This document shows, piece after piece, positions 61,745-64,000 of a stretch of DNA of 64,000 bases (positions are counted from its first letter, which is position 1; each line of letters begins with the position of its first letter). The notes under the pieces are model-generated. The model made no database searches. It saw only the letters and a list, made by a program, of their open reading frames with translations, and was not told where the DNA came from. Position numbers and translations under genes: made by a program. This DNA is from a bacterium (lineage in GTDB: Bacteria > Zhuqueibacterota > Zhuqueibacteria > Residuimicrobiales > Krinioviventaceae), in assembly GCA_963674595.2 (NCBI GenBank), contig CAXXFV010000026.1, forward strand, positions 32,001 through 96,000, given 5' to 3'.

Positions 61745-63298
61745 TCAGGTATCTTGACGGGTTATTGAATAAATATCAGTCCTTCTGTCTTTGAGGTTTC
61801 GGACGCTTCCAAATTGGTTTAATTCCCTCAACAAATCTATGTCAACATCTGCAATTAAAATCATTTCAGTATTCGGAGTAGCCTCGGCCTTTACCCCGTT
61901 TGTTGGGAATGAAAAATCACAAGGCGTAAAAACCATGGATTGTGCATACTGGATGTCCATATTATGAACTTTGGGTAAATTTCCGACACTTCCCGCAATC
62001 GCGACATAGCATTCATTTTCAATTGCTCTTGCTTGCGCGCAATTTCGAACCCGGGAATATCCATTCTGAGTATCAGTCAAAAACGGTACAAACAGAATAT
62101 TCATTCCCTCTTCAGCTAAAATTCTACCCAATTCCGGAAATTCCACATCATAACAAATTAAAATGCCAATTTTCCCGCAATCCGTATCATAGGTTTGAAT
62201 GTTTTGTCCGCCCTGCAATCCCCACACTTTTGCCTCATCAGGTGTAACATGCAATTTTTCGAAACGTTCAATTCCTCCATCGCGTTTACACAAATAACCG
62301 ACATTATAAAGATTAGAATCAACAATTTCCGGCATACTGCCCGTTATTATATTGATATTATATGATATTGCGAGTTTGGAAAATCGCTGTATAATTACCT
62401 CGGTAAATTCTGCCAATTTTCGGATAGCATCGGCTTCTGATAAATGATTGTACTCTGACATAAGCGGAGCATTGAAAAATTCAGGAAAGAGAGCAAAATC
62501 GGACCTATAGCCCGATACCGCATCTACAAAATATTCAGCCTGCTGCATTAAATCATCAAGGTTCTTGTATAACCGCATTTGCCATTGAACCAAACCAAGT
62601 CTTATAATTGTCTTATTAATGGCAGCTTTGTTTGTCTGTTTTTCGTAATAGACATTATCCCATTCAAGAAGTACGGCATATTCCTTGGATTCTTTATCTC
62701 CTGCAAGATATCCTTTCAAAATTCGAACAGGATGGAAATCATTCGACATTTGAAAATTCAAAACCGGATCATTGATTTCTTTTTTTCTCACCTTGTCGAT
62801 ATACTCTCTTGGCGTGAGGGTGTTTGCATATTTGTGATAATTAGGAATCCTTCCACCAAATACAATTCCTTTCAGGTTAAGTTTTTCACAAAGCTCTTTT
62901 CTATAATCATATAACCGCCGTCCTAACCGGAGACCTCGAAACTTGGGCCTTATAAAAATATCAATACCATACAAGACATCTCCGTCTGCGGTATGTGTAT
63001 CAAATTTGTAATCTCCGGTTATTTCGTCGTATGTATGTTTCGCGTCGAATTTTTCATAATCAACAATAATAGATAGTGCACAGCCTGCTAATTCGCCATC
63101 GATTCTAAGAGCAATTTGTCCCTCGGGAAATTTATCGGTCAATGTTTTAATATGTTGTTCTCTCCAATACATATTCGGCATATTGGAATAAGCTTCAATC
63201 ATGGCATTTTTGAGGTCCTGGTAATCACTGTATTTCAAGTAACTCAATTCAATGTTATCAATCGAATGTACGTCATCTGTTGACAAGTTTTTCTCCAA
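61745..63298 (-). CDS. GNAT acetyltransferase / carbon-nitrogen hydrolase fusion
   Basis: FRGLRLGRRLY; nitrilase triad LFPEFF, EKLH, ICYDVEFPE. Confidence 0.92.
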   Translation of the reverse strand: MEKNLSTDDVHSIDNIELSYLKYSDYQDLKNAMIEAYSNMPNMYWREQHIKTLTDKFPEGQIALRIDGELAGCALSIIVDYEKFDAKHTYDEITGDYKFDTHTADGDVLYGIDIFIRPKFRGLRLGRRLYDYRKELCEKLNLKGIVFGGRIPNYHKYANTLTPREYIDKVRKKEINDPVLNFQMSNDFHPVRILKGYLAGDKESKEYAVLLEWDNVYYEKQTNKAAINKTIIRLGLVQWQMRLYKNLDDLMQQAEYFVDAVSGYRSDFALFPEFFNAPLMSEYNHLSEADAIRKLAEFTEVIIQRFSKLAISYNINIITGSMPEIVDSNLYNVGYLCKRDGGIERFEKLHVTPDEAKVWGLQGGQNIQTYDTDCGKIGILICYDVEFPELGRILAEEGMNILFVPFLTDTQNGYSRVRNCAQARAIENECYVAIAGSVGNLPKVHNMDIQYAQSMVFTPCDFSFPTNGVKAEATPNTEMILIADVDIDLLRELNQFGSVRNLKDRRTDIYSITRQDT

Positions 63299-63478
63299 TG
63301 TTTTAATATCTATTCAGTATTTATCTCATATAACAAATACGAATTAATTGTAGCAAATTTAATAAATTTATGTATTGTTACCAACAAATAATACCTGACA
63401 TTTTTTATTATACGACTCAAGGCTCCCCTTTGGGATCAATGAATAGGGTGTTGCACCACCAATCCGAACACGTGTGAT

Positions 63479-63694
63479 CCTTCGACTCCGCTCAGGGTGA
63501 CACCGCTTCGACTCAGTCCTTGAGCAGAGCCGAAAGGCCGCTCAGCGTCCGCTTAATATCCGGGCTCGCTCAGTTGACACCACCCGTTTGCAGGGGATTA
63601 GGAATTCCTTACAAGCGGGGTGCAAATTATTTACAGGGAATTGCTGTTTTATAGATATAGAACATAGCAGAGACGTAAAATTTTACGTCTCTAC
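63479..63694. repeat. cluster of family D and REP-like palindromes
   Basis: CCTTCGACTCCGCTCAGGGTGAC; GCAGAGACGTAAAATTTTACGTCTCTAC. Confidence 0.7.
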
Positions 63695-63761
63695 AAATAT
63701 AACAAATATATCAATCTCAATAAAAACGATACAATTTACTACCTGTGCTAAAAGAATATAA

Positions 63762-64000
63762 TCAATTCATAACATCTGCCGTGAGAAACCAGCGGCCGTC
63801 TTCGCGGAGAAAGGTTACTTTTTTGTCGCCGGCTTTTCCGGCGGCCTTGTCCCCGTCAATTAACAGATCGCCCAGCTCTTCCCGGGGAAAAAAGGATTGT
63901 TCCGCCATTTCCGGCATATTGATCACAATGCCCATCAACTCCGGGACATATTTTGCCGCATCCACATGCCCATAAAGTTTTTGGGCGCGCTTGCGCATGT
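63762..64000 (-). CDS. hypothetical protein, 3' end only
   Basis: The frame runs to the window edge; ends FLREDGRWFL. Confidence 0.5.
   Translation of the reverse strand, partial: MRKRAQKLYGHVDAAKYVPELMGIVINMPEMAEQSFFPREELGDLLIDGDKAAGKAGDKKVTFLREDGRWFLTADVMN

Overview
Bacterial DNA. The QNYPNPF-type C-terminal sorting domains, Tat-exported sulfatase and oxidoreductase, and PorT-like barrels suggest an FCB-group host such as KSB1, Calditrichota or Ignavibacteria; this is inference. Bases ~1.6-27.7 kb hold a co-directional siphovirus-like morphogenesis operon: portal, prohead protease, capsid, neck, tail tube, frameshifting chaperone, tape measure, tail tip and a giant fibre-like protein. No terminase, integrase, replication or lysis gene is visible in the window. 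Unusual features of this operon are a glycosyltransferase/methyltransferase block whose proteins share a short N-terminal motif, a twice-repeated sequence-plus-terminator RNA element, a signal peptide on the fibre-like protein, and several single-base lesions. Bases ~27.8-64 kb are an accessory mosaic of secreted, lipoprotein and outer-membrane genes plus carbohydrate and signalling genes. These are interleaved with at least five families of palindromic REP-like repeats, a RAYT pseudogene inside an inverted-repeat-bounded unit, and an IS1182 element. All protein calls come from motif recognition and gene order, not database searches.
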